NCBI GenBank assembly: GCA_017993775.1
Contig: JAGOMA010000005.1
Location: forward strand, 19,561 to 83,560
Direction of reading: 5' to 3'
DNA from: Chloroflexota bacterium
Lineage (GTDB): Bacteria; Chloroflexota; Anaerolineae; Promineifilales; Promineifilaceae
Length of the DNA: 64,000 nucleotides
Shown: in pieces, positions 18,781-30,008 of the stretch
How the letters are laid out: every line of letters begins with the position of its first letter
How positions within the stretch are numbered: the stretch's first letter is position 1
The notes under the pieces: model-generated
Database searches by the model: none
Told to the model about the DNA's origin: nothing
The model's input: the letters and a program-made list of their open reading frames with translations, nothing else
Translations under genes and position numbers: made by a program

Positions 18781-19560
18781 CTAGAAAATCGCCGAAGCCA
18801 ACTGCTGGCGATAAGCGCGGGCCAGCGGGTCGTTTTCCCCCAATAGCTCAAACAAGCCCAACATGACTTTCTTCGCCTCGCCGTCGCGGTGGGTTTTGTC
18901 GCGGTGGACCACGGTAAGCAGGCTGTAAAGCGCCGTGGAATATTCACGGCGACGCATGGCGTCGGCGGCCTGACGGTAAAGCGCGTCGATTTCGCCAGAG
19001 CCAGAAAAGCGGCTCTGATAGGCGTCACACAAGAACTGCGCCAGGGGGAGCAGTTTATTAGCCGCTTCCGTCTGAGGCGCGGCGGGAAAATCTTGCAGTT
19101 TGGGCAACGCATTGCAGCCATCTGCCTTTTGTAAAAGATCGCGGGCTTGTTGCAGTCGGCTGGCGGGATCATTGGCTGCGGCCTGGCCATTGCCGTTGGC
19201 GGGCGGCTGATCTGCCGTTTTTCCGGCGGCCTTGGGCAGGCGTTGCAGGAATTGGCGCACCATCGGTTCCGGCTGCGCGCCGACAAATTCATCCACCAAT
19301 TTGCCGTTTACAAAGGCTTTGACGTTAGGAATGCCGCGCACGCCGTACTGCATGGCTAACTGTTGATTGTTGTCGGAGTTGACTTTGGCCAGGGTAAAGG
19401 CACTGTTGGGCTCGTTGGCCAATCGCTCTAACACCGGACCCAACATGCGGCACGGCCCGCACCAGGGCGCCCAAAAATCGACCAGCACCGCTTCTTGATG
19501 GGAGCGGTCTACCACTTGCGTCTGAAAATCCGCCTGATTGACATTGATTACTTTGCTCAT
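18781..19560 (-). CDS. thioredoxin-domain plus TPR-like chaperone (YbbN/CnoX family)
   Basis: N-terminal thioredoxin WCGPC motif (VDFWAPWCGPCRMLGP) and a C-terminal helical TPR-like half. Confidence 0.75.
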   Translation of the reverse strand: MSKVINVNQADFQTQVVDRSHQEAVLVDFWAPWCGPCRMLGPVLERLANEPNSAFTLAKVNSDNNQQLAMQYGVRGIPNVKAFVNGKLVDEFVGAQPEPMVRQFLQRLPKAAGKTADQPPANGNGQAAANDPASRLQQARDLLQKADGCNALPKLQDFPAAPQTEAANKLLPLAQFLCDAYQSRFSGSGEIDALYRQAADAMRRREYSTALYSLLTVVHRDKTHRDGEAKKVMLGLFELLGENDPLARAYRQQLASAIF

Positions 19561-19949
19561 ACCTTACCTCAACTTTTCAGGTGTAAAACTGGGGCATACG
19601 TTACCTGAAAAGCGTAAGAAATGTATCAAAACGGCCGTTTCCCTTACACAACCCTTACAAATTCTTAGCCCAACGATAACCGTGTCTTAAACGGCCGTTA
19701 ACACCTGCCCCCTACTGCTTAACAACTTTTACAGCCAGGCCTGGCAGCCGGTCGAATTTCAGAAGCGAATGGCACGGCCGTGCCCCACGCCATGCCCGCC
19801 CCTGCCACAAGCCCGCAAATAAGAGATAAAACAGTTCATACGGCCGTCTTACACTTCTCTGACTTACTTCTAACATTCATCCATACAATAGAAGCATACA
19901 CAAAAAGTAAACACCTGAACTTGTTTCAGATGATTGTTGGAGGATGATC

Positions 19950-21860
<1,911 letters not shown>

Positions 21861-21937
21861 GGCTGCGGCCTGAATTCCGGTAACCAACAGAGCGAAGGGC
21901 GGGCCTGTGCCCGCCCTTTTTTGACATTGGAGACAAT

Positions 21938-22666
21938 ATGTTTGGCGATTATGATGAGTATCGACGGCGTTACGGCCGTTCCCAACCACAACCCATCACC
22001 GAAATCCCTTCGCGGCCAACAACCAGGGGCGGAATGAATGGGGAATACGGCCGTTTGCGCCAGGAACTGGCCCAACTGCAAGCCAGCGCCGCTGAATGGC
22101 GCGAAGCAGCCGAGACCTGGTATACCACGGCCAAACAACAACAGGCCGACCTGAAACGGCTGGAAAACCAATTGGCTTCCGCCAACCGCCAACTGGCGAC
22201 GCTAAACAAACAGGCAGCCACGCCCGCCCAGCCGCCGGTCGCCGAACGGCCGTCGGTAGACAGCGCCGATGCGTGGCGCGAGAAATATGCCCGTCTGGCG
22301 GCCGATTATGAAAACAGCAAAAAGCGGCTGGAGCAGCGGTATACTTTAGAAGCGCAGCACAATCAGACAAAACTCCTGCGCGACATGCTGCCCCTGGCCG
22401 ATAATTTAGACCGCGCCCTGGCCCATCAAGACGGCCAGGACGACGCCGGTCTGGCGTTGATTCGCAAATTGTTTCTGGCGACTTTGGCGGAGTATGGGGT
22501 GCAGCCGATTGTGGCCGAGGGACGGCCGTTTGACCCGCTGTTTCATGAAGCAGTAGGCGTCATAACCAATCCTGCCGCCGCTGGCAGGGTAGCTGCCGTA
22601 GAAGAGACCGGCTACACTTACCAGGATAAACTTCTGCGCCCGGCGCGCGTGTTGGTGGCGGAGTAA
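21938..22666 (+). CDS. grpE: nucleotide exchange factor GrpE
   Basis: Coiled-coil N-terminus followed by the GrpE core (DNLDRA..., KLLRPARV). Confidence 0.85.
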   Translation: MFGDYDEYRRRYGRSQPQPITEIPSRPTTRGGMNGEYGRLRQELAQLQASAAEWREAAETWYTTAKQQQADLKRLENQLASANRQLATLNKQAATPAQPPVAERPSVDSADAWREKYARLAADYENSKKRLEQRYTLEAQHNQTKLLRDMLPLADNLDRALAHQDGQDDAGLALIRKLFLATLAEYGVQPIVAEGRPFDPLFHEAVGVITNPAAAGRVAAVEETGYTYQDKLLRPARVLVAE

Positions 22667-22716
22667 CACGGCTTTAGTCGTCAGTCTCCAAGCGCAAATC
22701 TCTTTCCGAGGGACTT

Positions 22717-23709
22717 ATGAAAGTACAGGATTATTATCAGACACTCGGTGTGAGTAAAAACGCCGACGAAAAAACAATTAAAAAAGCGTATCGCAAGCTG
22801 GCGCGGCAATATCACCCGGACGTCAATCCCGGTGACAAAGGCTCCGAAGAGCACTTTAAGGCCATTAACGAGGCGTATGAAGTGCTGAGCGACGCCGACA
22901 AACGCCAAAAGTATGACCAGTTTGGCGCGCAGTGGCAGCAGTACGAACGGACCGGCGGCCGGGCGGAAGATTTTAACTGGTCGCAGTGGGCGGCGCAGCC
23001 CGGCGGCGGGCAGTCACATACCCGCACGGTAAGCCCAGAGGAATTTGCCCAGATGTTTGGCGGCGGCAGCGGCAGCGGCGGCTTTTCCGATTTTTTTGAG
23101 ACGTTGTTTGGCGGCGCAGGACGGGCGCAAAGTGGCGGCTATGGATTTGGCGACTTTAACACCCGGCAGACGGCGCAGCCCAGGCCACGAACCGGCCGCG
23201 ACGTGGAACACACAGTGCAGGTGACGTTGGAAGAAGCGTTTCAGGGCGCGACCCGTACTTTGCAATGGGACAACGGCCGTTCCATTCAGGCCAAAATCCC
23301 GCGCGGCGTCGATACCGGCTCGCGTATCCGTCTCAGCGGTCAGGGCGAAACCGGTCAGGCCGGCGGGCCAACCGGCGACCTGTACCTGCTGGTGGAGATG
23401 CTGCCCCACGCCACGCTGCAGCGTGATGGCGATGATTTGAAATTGAAGCTGCCGGTGGATTTGTATACGGCCGTTCTCGGCGGCCAGGTTGAGGTACGAA
23501 CCATCGACAAAAGCGTCACCCTGACCATTCCGGCGGAAACGGCCAACGGCAAGGTGTTCCGGCTGGGTGGTCTGGGCATGCCCAATTTGCGCCAGCCGGA
23601 CAAACGCGGCAACTTATACGTGACGGTGGAAATCAAACTGCCGCAAAAATTAACGGTTCGGGAAAAGGAATTGTTCGCAGAACTACGCGAGCTAAGGAAC
23701 GCGGATTAA
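22717..23709 (+). CDS. DnaJ-class co-chaperone lacking Zn-finger (CbpA-like, type II J-protein)
   Basis: J-domain with HPD (YHPDVNP), a G/F-rich region and C-terminal substrate-binding domains. No CxxCxGxG repeats. Confidence 0.8.
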   Translation: MKVQDYYQTLGVSKNADEKTIKKAYRKLARQYHPDVNPGDKGSEEHFKAINEAYEVLSDADKRQKYDQFGAQWQQYERTGGRAEDFNWSQWAAQPGGGQSHTRTVSPEEFAQMFGGGSGSGGFSDFFETLFGGAGRAQSGGYGFGDFNTRQTAQPRPRTGRDVEHTVQVTLEEAFQGATRTLQWDNGRSIQAKIPRGVDTGSRIRLSGQGETGQAGGPTGDLYLLVEMLPHATLQRDGDDLKLKLPVDLYTAVLGGQVEVRTIDKSVTLTIPAETANGKVFRLGGLGMPNLRQPDKRGNLYVTVEIKLPQKLTVREKELFAELRELRNAD

Positions 23710-23779
23710 ACCACAAGGAACCTTCGGAAGGTTGAATAGGTGAGTAACCATCATAGAGTATGAAGCAGCCAGTTATCCC

Positions 23780-24010
23780 AGCGAAGCAACCATTCCTCCC
23801 GCGTCGGAACCATTTCTCCCGGTGAAGCAACCATTTCTCCCGGTGAAGCAGCCATTTCTCCCGCGTCGGAATCATTTCTCCCGGTGAAGCAGCCATTTCT
23901 CCCGCGTCGGAACCATTTCTCCCGGCGAAGCAACCATTTCTCCCGGTGAAGCAACCATTTCTCCCACGTCGAAATCATTTCTCCCGGTGAAGCAACCATT
24001 TCTCCGGGGG
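23780..24010. repeat. 21-bp tandem repeat array, ~10-11 units (AACCATTTCTCCCGGTGAAGC / AACCATTTCTCCCGCGTCGGA)
   Basis: Head-to-tail units of two alternating variants in the convergent intergenic space between the dnaJ-like gene and lipoprotein 24100-24675. The consensus is about 65% identical to the reverse complement of the 10104-10313 array unit. Confidence 0.85.
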
Positions 24011-24099
24011 ATAACTCATTTGGGTGTTTGCAGATTGGGCGCAAGATTGCGCGCCATATCGTTATAGCCGTGAGCCGTGTTCCATTTCTGGCTAACAGC

Positions 24100-24675
24100 T
24101 TACGGCTGACGATTTCCCCCTGTCGAAACAACCGCTTCGGCAATAGATTTAACAAAAGGCAGTTCGGCCAACTGCTTAACTTGCTCGCCGGTGGCCTGGC
24201 CCTCGGAAAAGTTCATCACGCCGACGGCCGTGCGGGTCACAGTCATAGATTCGGCCAAGACGGCCGTTTGCGCTTCCGTCGGCGCGGCGTAAAACTGCAC
24301 TACCACATCATACACCTTCTGCGGCTCAGAAAACGCGCCTTTTAGTTTATCCGCCGGGTCAATGGCCGTTACGGCCACGATGGTGTGGTTGGCTTGCAGA
24401 GCGGCGAGAGCGGAAACGGCCGTTGCCGGTACATACGCCTGAAATTGATACTCGCCCACCGGGTCAAATAACACAATACCTGCTTCGCCTAACTGACGCT
24501 CCGTTTCCGCATTCAACGTGCCGGATAATTGCACCAGCACATAAGCGCCTTCCTGCTGATCCATCATGACCTGCACCTGCTCCGGCAGGGTGTCAACGGA
24601 CCCCTTCACCGGGGCGCACGTCGCCAGAAACGCCAACATCAACAAGCTTCCTAAAATCGCCCCTAACGCTTTCAT
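24100..24675 (-). CDS. lipoprotein resembling the N-terminal prodomain-like region of the adjacent S8 protease
   Basis: Signal/lipobox MKALGAILGSLLMLAFLATCAP. Its body shares a pattern with the subtilase N-terminal region (VxVQL...L...AxVPAxAV...). Confidence 0.5.
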   Translation of the reverse strand: MKALGAILGSLLMLAFLATCAPVKGSVDTLPEQVQVMMDQQEGAYVLVQLSGTLNAETERQLGEAGIVLFDPVGEYQFQAYVPATAVSALAALQANHTIVAVTAIDPADKLKGAFSEPQKVYDVVVQFYAAPTEAQTAVLAESMTVTRTAVGVMNFSEGQATGEQVKQLAELPFVKSIAEAVVSTGGNRQP

Positions 24676-24836
24676 GATTTGTCCTCCTGTCTTTATGCAG
24701 ACCCTAAGGGTTTGAGGAAACCCTTAGGGTCTTGCAATATGTCTACCCATACAACGATGTGGAGGCGCTGTTTGTTCCTGTGTACTCGAGATGGTGCGCT
24801 CTAACGGCCGTCCGTCAGAGCGCACCTGAGTCAGGC

Positions 24837-27557
24837 TTATCTGGTGAGCGAAGGGACGAAAAGGTCGCAGTTGTGGTTGACAAAGGAGGATGGGTCGCTG
24901 CCGCCGGTTTGCAATATGCCCGCATCACGAAAATAGGAGACCACGCCAAACGGGTAATGGACCGGCTGCGGGCAGGTAACCGGGGTCGCGTCGTTGAACT
25001 GAATGAACCAGCGCACCACGCGGGCATGATTGGCGATGGTTTCGCCCACCGCCACACGCCAATAAAGGCCACCGCCATCACTCATCAATTCGGTGTCGTT
25101 GTAGTAATGGGAACGGCCGTCGTCCGTATACACCCGCGCCCCTTCTACCGTGAAAGACGTGGTGGAAGGTACCTGCAGCCGCACATAACTGCCCGGCGCG
25201 GCAAACCCGCTGTTGCTGAGCGTGGTATACAGATAAAATGCGCCGCCGACAAACGTGCCAACGGCAGGCGAAAATGTTGTTGTGGCCGTTAAATTGGCCG
25301 GTTTAAGCACGGTCACCGATGCCAGGCCATATGGCTGCGACGAAAGAAGGCTGGAGGCTTCCACATGAATCCGCCAGGAACCGGGCACGCCGCTGGTCAC
25401 TTTTACATATTCGACCGTATCGTCGGAGGTTTGCGAAGAGCCGACTTGCACGCCGCTGCCATCGTAGACCTTCACATCCAGGTCATTTACCACATCATCA
25501 AAATTTCCAGATACCGGATCGGCCCAGGTAAGGACGACGCGAACCTCATCGAAGCCGGCGGGTACGGTGAAATAATGGTCGTTGCTATTGCCGGTGGCTG
25601 CAAAAGAATTGGTCCAAAAAGTGACGTCGCTAATGCCGCTCTGGTCGTAGATGGCGTGGAAGGTGTTGAGCATGCCACGGCCGTAATGAGCCGTATCCGT
25701 GCCGCCCACATCAGTCGCCGAGGCGATAAACGCCGCTTTCACCACCTCCGGCCAGCCAATGTACTGTGGATAAGCGTCCAAAAACTGCGCCACGCCGCCG
25801 GTCACCTGCGGCGCGGCCATGCTGGTGCCATTCCAGGCGTCGTAATACCGGCTGTCGCCATAAAAATACCAACCTACCGGCGACGTAATTTTAACGCCGG
25901 GAGCCATAATATCTGGTTTTACGCGTACGCTGCCGTCGTTATCTACATCAATCGGACCATAATTGCTGAAACAGATGCGTTCCCCTGGCGGCCAATCCCG
26001 GTCGCCTATGCTGTTGCAAGAGGTCACATCCACGTTGGGCCAGTTGCCGTCTTTCACCGCGCCCACGGTGATGGCGTTTTTGGCCGTGCCCGGGCTGCGC
26101 GAAAGCAGATTGTCGTTGTGGGTAATGATAACCATGTTCATCCAGTTGCCGGAATATTCGCCGCGCACAGCTCTATCGGCCAACTGCGAGCTGACGGCAT
26201 AGGTGCCATTGCCGCCGCCCCAACTGTTGTTGGAAACATGGCCGCCGTGGGCTGCGCCACGCTGCAGGGATGCCTGAAAATCGGCGTCATAATAACCGTA
26301 GCCAAACGGAACATTGCAGCAAAGACGATAGATCAAAAAGTTTACATCTGGGGCGATGCCCTGCCAGGCCAGATCGCCGCTTTGCACGCCGCTGCCGCCA
26401 ATGCTGCCGGCGACGTGCGTGCCGTGGCTGTCTATGGCTGCCGCGTCTGTGCTGACGGTGGGATACCAGGCGTATTGATCGACGATGCGGCTGAGCGGCA
26501 GGTCGGGATGGTAGACGCTGCCCTGGTGGGCAATGCCGGAATCCATGATCATGACGTTGATGTCTGTGCCGTCGAAGCCGCTGCTTTTGAGGATGTCGCT
26601 GCCGGTAGCCAGATTGCCTTCTAGATTGGCGCGGATTTCGGCGGGGGTGTTGGGCACGGTGGGGGTTTCGGCCGAACCAGATTCGTAGCGGATTTGTTCG
26701 TGGATGAGCTGCACGGCCGTGTTCGCGGCCAGCGCGGCCACATGTTTAGTCGGAATCACTCCTTCAATCAGGTGCATGGCTGCATCAGAACGGCGTTCGA
26801 TGGTCATCAGGGTGTTTAGTTCGGCCAGTTGGGTGTCTGTGGGCGTCTCAAAAAGCTGCACGGTGACGGCGACACTGGCGTCGGGGTCAGCGAGGCTGTT
26901 TAACCGGGCTTGCAAACCATCGGTGATGTGGAAAGCGGCCGGAACCTGCCCAACGAAATTGATTTTGCCCTGGTCGATGGCGGCGGAAACGGCCGTTACC
27001 GCCGCTGCCGGAATTTTGGCGTACAGGGATAATTTATCCAGCGGGTCGCCAAAAACCACACCCTGCGCCTGCAACGATTCGATCAACGCCAGGTCAACCG
27101 GATAGGTGAACTGCATCGCCAGAAATTCGGCCGACGCAGGGGCGGCGGCGAGCTGCTGGCGCAAATCGGCGGCCATGCCGGGGATCACAACGAGACTGTT
27201 TTGGGCGCCAAAGCGGATGACGCTGGGGTCGATGTCGCTGTTTGCTTTGGCGGCGGGTGGACCGCCATCTGTGTGGCGGATGGTGGTTGGGTCGTCGAGG
27301 TATTGGCCGGTGAGTTTGTCGTAACCCATATGGGCTTCGGTGAGCGTGGCGGTAACGGCCGTGTCCGCGCCAGTCTGCAACAAACTGGCCACATTCGGGT
27401 CTTCGGCTGTGCCCCATCGGGCATAGGCGGCGACCTGATCCTCATCCAGCCCTACCTGGCTGCCTTCTTGCGCGGGCGGCAGCGCAAAACTGCCCTGGGA
27501 AAACAACAGCACAGCGGCAAAAAGAGTCAAAACAAATATCCATTTTGCGGTTTTCAT
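24837..27557 (-). CDS. secreted subtilisin-like serine protease (peptidase S8) with large N- and C-terminal extensions
   Basis: Signal peptide, Asp (VMIMDSGIA), His (HGTHVAGSIGG) and Ser (GTSMAAPQVTGG) catalytic motifs; 906 aa. Confidence 0.85.
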   Translation of the reverse strand: MKTAKWIFVLTLFAAVLLFSQGSFALPPAQEGSQVGLDEDQVAAYARWGTAEDPNVASLLQTGADTAVTATLTEAHMGYDKLTGQYLDDPTTIRHTDGGPPAAKANSDIDPSVIRFGAQNSLVVIPGMAADLRQQLAAAPASAEFLAMQFTYPVDLALIESLQAQGVVFGDPLDKLSLYAKIPAAAVTAVSAAIDQGKINFVGQVPAAFHITDGLQARLNSLADPDASVAVTVQLFETPTDTQLAELNTLMTIERRSDAAMHLIEGVIPTKHVAALAANTAVQLIHEQIRYESGSAETPTVPNTPAEIRANLEGNLATGSDILKSSGFDGTDINVMIMDSGIAHQGSVYHPDLPLSRIVDQYAWYPTVSTDAAAIDSHGTHVAGSIGGSGVQSGDLAWQGIAPDVNFLIYRLCCNVPFGYGYYDADFQASLQRGAAHGGHVSNNSWGGGNGTYAVSSQLADRAVRGEYSGNWMNMVIITHNDNLLSRSPGTAKNAITVGAVKDGNWPNVDVTSCNSIGDRDWPPGERICFSNYGPIDVDNDGSVRVKPDIMAPGVKITSPVGWYFYGDSRYYDAWNGTSMAAPQVTGGVAQFLDAYPQYIGWPEVVKAAFIASATDVGGTDTAHYGRGMLNTFHAIYDQSGISDVTFWTNSFAATGNSNDHYFTVPAGFDEVRVVLTWADPVSGNFDDVVNDLDVKVYDGSGVQVGSSQTSDDTVEYVKVTSGVPGSWRIHVEASSLLSSQPYGLASVTVLKPANLTATTTFSPAVGTFVGGAFYLYTTLSNSGFAAPGSYVRLQVPSTTSFTVEGARVYTDDGRSHYYNDTELMSDGGGLYWRVAVGETIANHARVVRWFIQFNDATPVTCPQPVHYPFGVVSYFRDAGILQTGGSDPSSFVNHNCDLFVPSLTR

Positions 27558-27722
27558 ATCACCTCCTGAGTGAAACGGGACCTGTTAAAATGATGGGCAT
27601 CAGGGTCCATGGCAAGACGCAAAGCCATCCTGCCTCGCGTCGTCACCGGCAAATAATAATTTGCATTGTAACATACCGCCGGAAAAGGCTGTGGCTAATT
27701 TTTAGTGGATGGGTGGGGAAAA

Positions 27723-27763
27723 ACCGCTGCGGACGGCCGTTTGCAAACGGCCGTCCGCAGCGC
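27723..27763 (-). terminator. hairpin terminator built on ACGGCCGT palindromes
   Basis: GCTGCGGACGGCCGTTTGCAAACGGCCGTCCGCAGC perfect inverted repeat just downstream of the stop of ORF 27775-28098. Confidence 0.5.
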
Positions 27764-27774
27764 CAATGGAGGAA

Positions 27775-28098
27775 TCAGGCAGGCAGGTCTTCTTTGCGGG
27801 CTTTGCCCATGGCGATGAAGCCGGGCATACGATGCCAGGTGCGGTCTTCGATGGTTTTGCGCGAGGTGGAGAGAGTGAGACGGCCGTTGGCCGCATCAAA
27901 CCCTTCGATAAATTCCATCGGTATAAAATAATGCTCGCCAATTTCAAAAGAAAAAATTTCCAGATAGGCCGCATAATGCAGTTCGGCCGGATTTACATCT
28001 TCCAGGCGATGATATAAATGTGTGGCCTCGCCCAATCGGTGACCATCTTTCGTCCAAATTTCCGCATGTTTTTTGATTGTTAGAATCGAGTTTTCCAT
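27775..28098 (-). CDS. hypothetical protein (107 aa)
   Basis: ORF with a terminator downstream; no recognisable motifs. Confidence 0.35.
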   Translation of the reverse strand: MENSILTIKKHAEIWTKDGHRLGEATHLYHRLEDVNPAELHYAAYLEIFSFEIGEHYFIPMEFIEGFDAANGRLTLSTSRKTIEDRTWHRMPGFIAMGKARKEDLPA

Positions 28099-28170
28099 GA
28101 CGCTCCCTTTGGCTGGTAAGTTGGGAAGATAAGCTCCATTTTAGCATAAAACAGGTCGCTTACCGACAAA

Positions 28171-29088
28171 TCATAACCAATGTCGCCGGCGCAAATACAT
28201 AATAATTAAAACTGTAACCAGAATGCCGGTGAGGGTGATGAGGTAGAACGGCAAAGGATGCGAGCCATATGGCAGCTGCACATTCATGCCAAAAATGGTC
28301 GGCAGCACCGTAAGCGGCACGCTAAGCAGCGTCACCAGAGTCAGCAAACGCACAACTTCGTCGATGCGATGTGAGGCCAACGTGTCCAGCGTCTCCGACA
28401 AACCGGCCACGATCTCTTTCTGTTCGTCCAGCATCAACAACAGTTGGGCCAGATGGTCGCCAATGTCGCCCCAGTAAATATCCAGATCGTCGTGAATAAA
28501 GGTCCAGTTGCCTTTTTCCAGTTCGCGCACCACATCAAGCTGGGGATGCAAAATGTGCCGCAAAGAGATGACATCCCGGCGAACGATGGCCAGGTCTTGC
28601 AAAATTTTAGGTGTGTTTGGGCCAAAAAGATCTCGTTCGACCTGAATAATATTTTGATTGACTTTATGCAGGATGGGGTAGCAGTAATTGACGAGTGTGT
28701 TTAACAATTCATAGAGGAGCGGGCTGGCGCCGTGCCCCATCATGCGTTGGCGAACGTCGGGATCAGATTGGAGACGGCCGTACAGCTCATTTAGCGGCTT
28801 CAAATCCCCACGGTGCGACGTCACCAGCAGCCCTTCCGTGACAAAAATATCCACTTCGGCCGGTCGGCAAATCAGACTTGCCGCGTCCCAGCGAGGAAGT
28901 TGGGTCACAATGAACAGGTAATTGTCGTAATGATCCAGTTTGGGGACTTCCAATTCGGTCAGGCAATCACTCAGATTGAGCGGATGAAATTGAGGATACC
29001 GTTGGCCCAACGCCTCAATATCTGCGGGCGTTGGTTGGACAATGTTGATCCAGGTCACCCGGTCGGTCTGCAAGATGGTAGTAGTCAT
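28171..29088 (-). CDS. corA: magnesium/cobalt transporter CorA
   Basis: C-terminal two TM helices with the signature GMN motif (IFGMNVQLP); 305 aa. Confidence 0.85.
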   Translation of the reverse strand: MTTTILQTDRVTWINIVQPTPADIEALGQRYPQFHPLNLSDCLTELEVPKLDHYDNYLFIVTQLPRWDAASLICRPAEVDIFVTEGLLVTSHRGDLKPLNELYGRLQSDPDVRQRMMGHGASPLLYELLNTLVNYCYPILHKVNQNIIQVERDLFGPNTPKILQDLAIVRRDVISLRHILHPQLDVVRELEKGNWTFIHDDLDIYWGDIGDHLAQLLLMLDEQKEIVAGLSETLDTLASHRIDEVVRLLTLVTLLSVPLTVLPTIFGMNVQLPYGSHPLPFYLITLTGILVTVLIIMYLRRRHWL

Positions 29089-29163
29089 GCCGGTGATATT
29101 AGTTGAGAAAAAGGTGGTTGTCTAGCAGCTGCCAGAATTCTGGCAAGAGGTCACTCGTTTTAG

Positions 29164-29364
29164 CAGCAATTCTCAATTGGGGCTTGGTATTTGCGTGAAC
29201 AAGCTCGTTTCTGCCCTATTTACGCTCAAATGTCATGCTGAACGAAGTGAAGCATCCCTATGGCCTCGGATTTTCCAGGGGACTGGGATGCTTCGGAGGA
29301 TACTTCGGCAGGCTCAGCACAGGCTCTCAGCATGACATCTTTCTCGTCAAATTGAGAATTGCTG
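29164..29364. mobile_element. MITE-like non-autonomous element (~201 bp) with 15-16 bp terminal inverted repeats and 9-bp target-site duplication
   Basis: Left TIR CAGCAATTCTCAATTG (29164-29179) and right TIR CA(A)ATTGAGAATTGCTG (29348-29364). Flanking direct repeat TCGTTTTAG at 29155-29163 and 29365-29373. The interior is itself a long imperfect palindrome. No ORF. Confidence 0.55.
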
Positions 29365-29444
29365 TCGTTTTAGCTTTGGCGTTTCCAGATTGGTCCAATC
29401 TTGAAGATTGGACCAATCTTCCCAGGTTAAAAAACTGATTCGAT

Positions 29445-29855
29445 TTATGCGAGTTTAATTACGCGTCTGGGCTTAAGCCGCAGCACCACAAACGACTCAT
29501 CTTGCCAGGAAACCAGGTCTTTGGCCGCATCTTCCGGCGATTCGTAATGATGGGTGATTCGCGCCGCCACACTGTGGTCAGGATCGTCCTCCAGCGTCAG
29601 ATCGCCATCGATCAGGTAACAAGGTGATCCGGCGGGATCGCCGCCGATGGACAGGCAGCCCTTCGGCACAGCCATCGCGTTGGCCACTTTGCGCGCTTCG
29701 CGCAGGGAAAACACAATCAGGTCGTCGTTGTCCAGCATGAACCAGACGGGAACGGTGTGGGGATACCCGTCGGGGCGTATGGTGGTGAAGCGAACGACCA
29801 CCGGTTTGGCTAAAATTGCACGGGCGCGATCATCAAATGTTGTCATATTGCTCAT
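29445..29855 (-). CDS. pyridoxamine 5-prime-phosphate oxidase-like FMN-binding family protein
   Basis: 136 aa split-barrel family pattern (VVRFTTIRPDGYPHTVPVWF...). Confidence 0.6.
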   Translation of the reverse strand: MSNMTTFDDRARAILAKPVVVRFTTIRPDGYPHTVPVWFMLDNDDLIVFSLREARKVANAMAVPKGCLSIGGDPAGSPCYLIDGDLTLEDDPDHSVAARITHHYESPEDAAKDLVSWQDESFVVLRLKPRRVIKLA

Positions 29856-30008
29856 TTCCTTTTGTTCGTGCGGTGTGGGTGGTTTATATCACAGGTGTTC
29901 TGAACGGAAACGTGAAAGAAGGAAAAGGGAAAAAGTGAAAAGTCCTATGCGATCTTCGTCTCTTTGCCCTCTTGGCGTTGGTATCCAGCTTTTTAGACCT
30001 GCTGAGAC

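Noticed and set aside
23633-24155. Minus-strand ORFs with REKWLLH / GEMVASP periodic peptides
   Set aside because: Translation of the second 21-bp tandem array; no start or RBS support.
25365-26624. 419-aa plus-strand ORF
   Set aside because: Antisense to the S8 protease catalytic domain; no motifs and a composition typical of GC-rich shadow frames.
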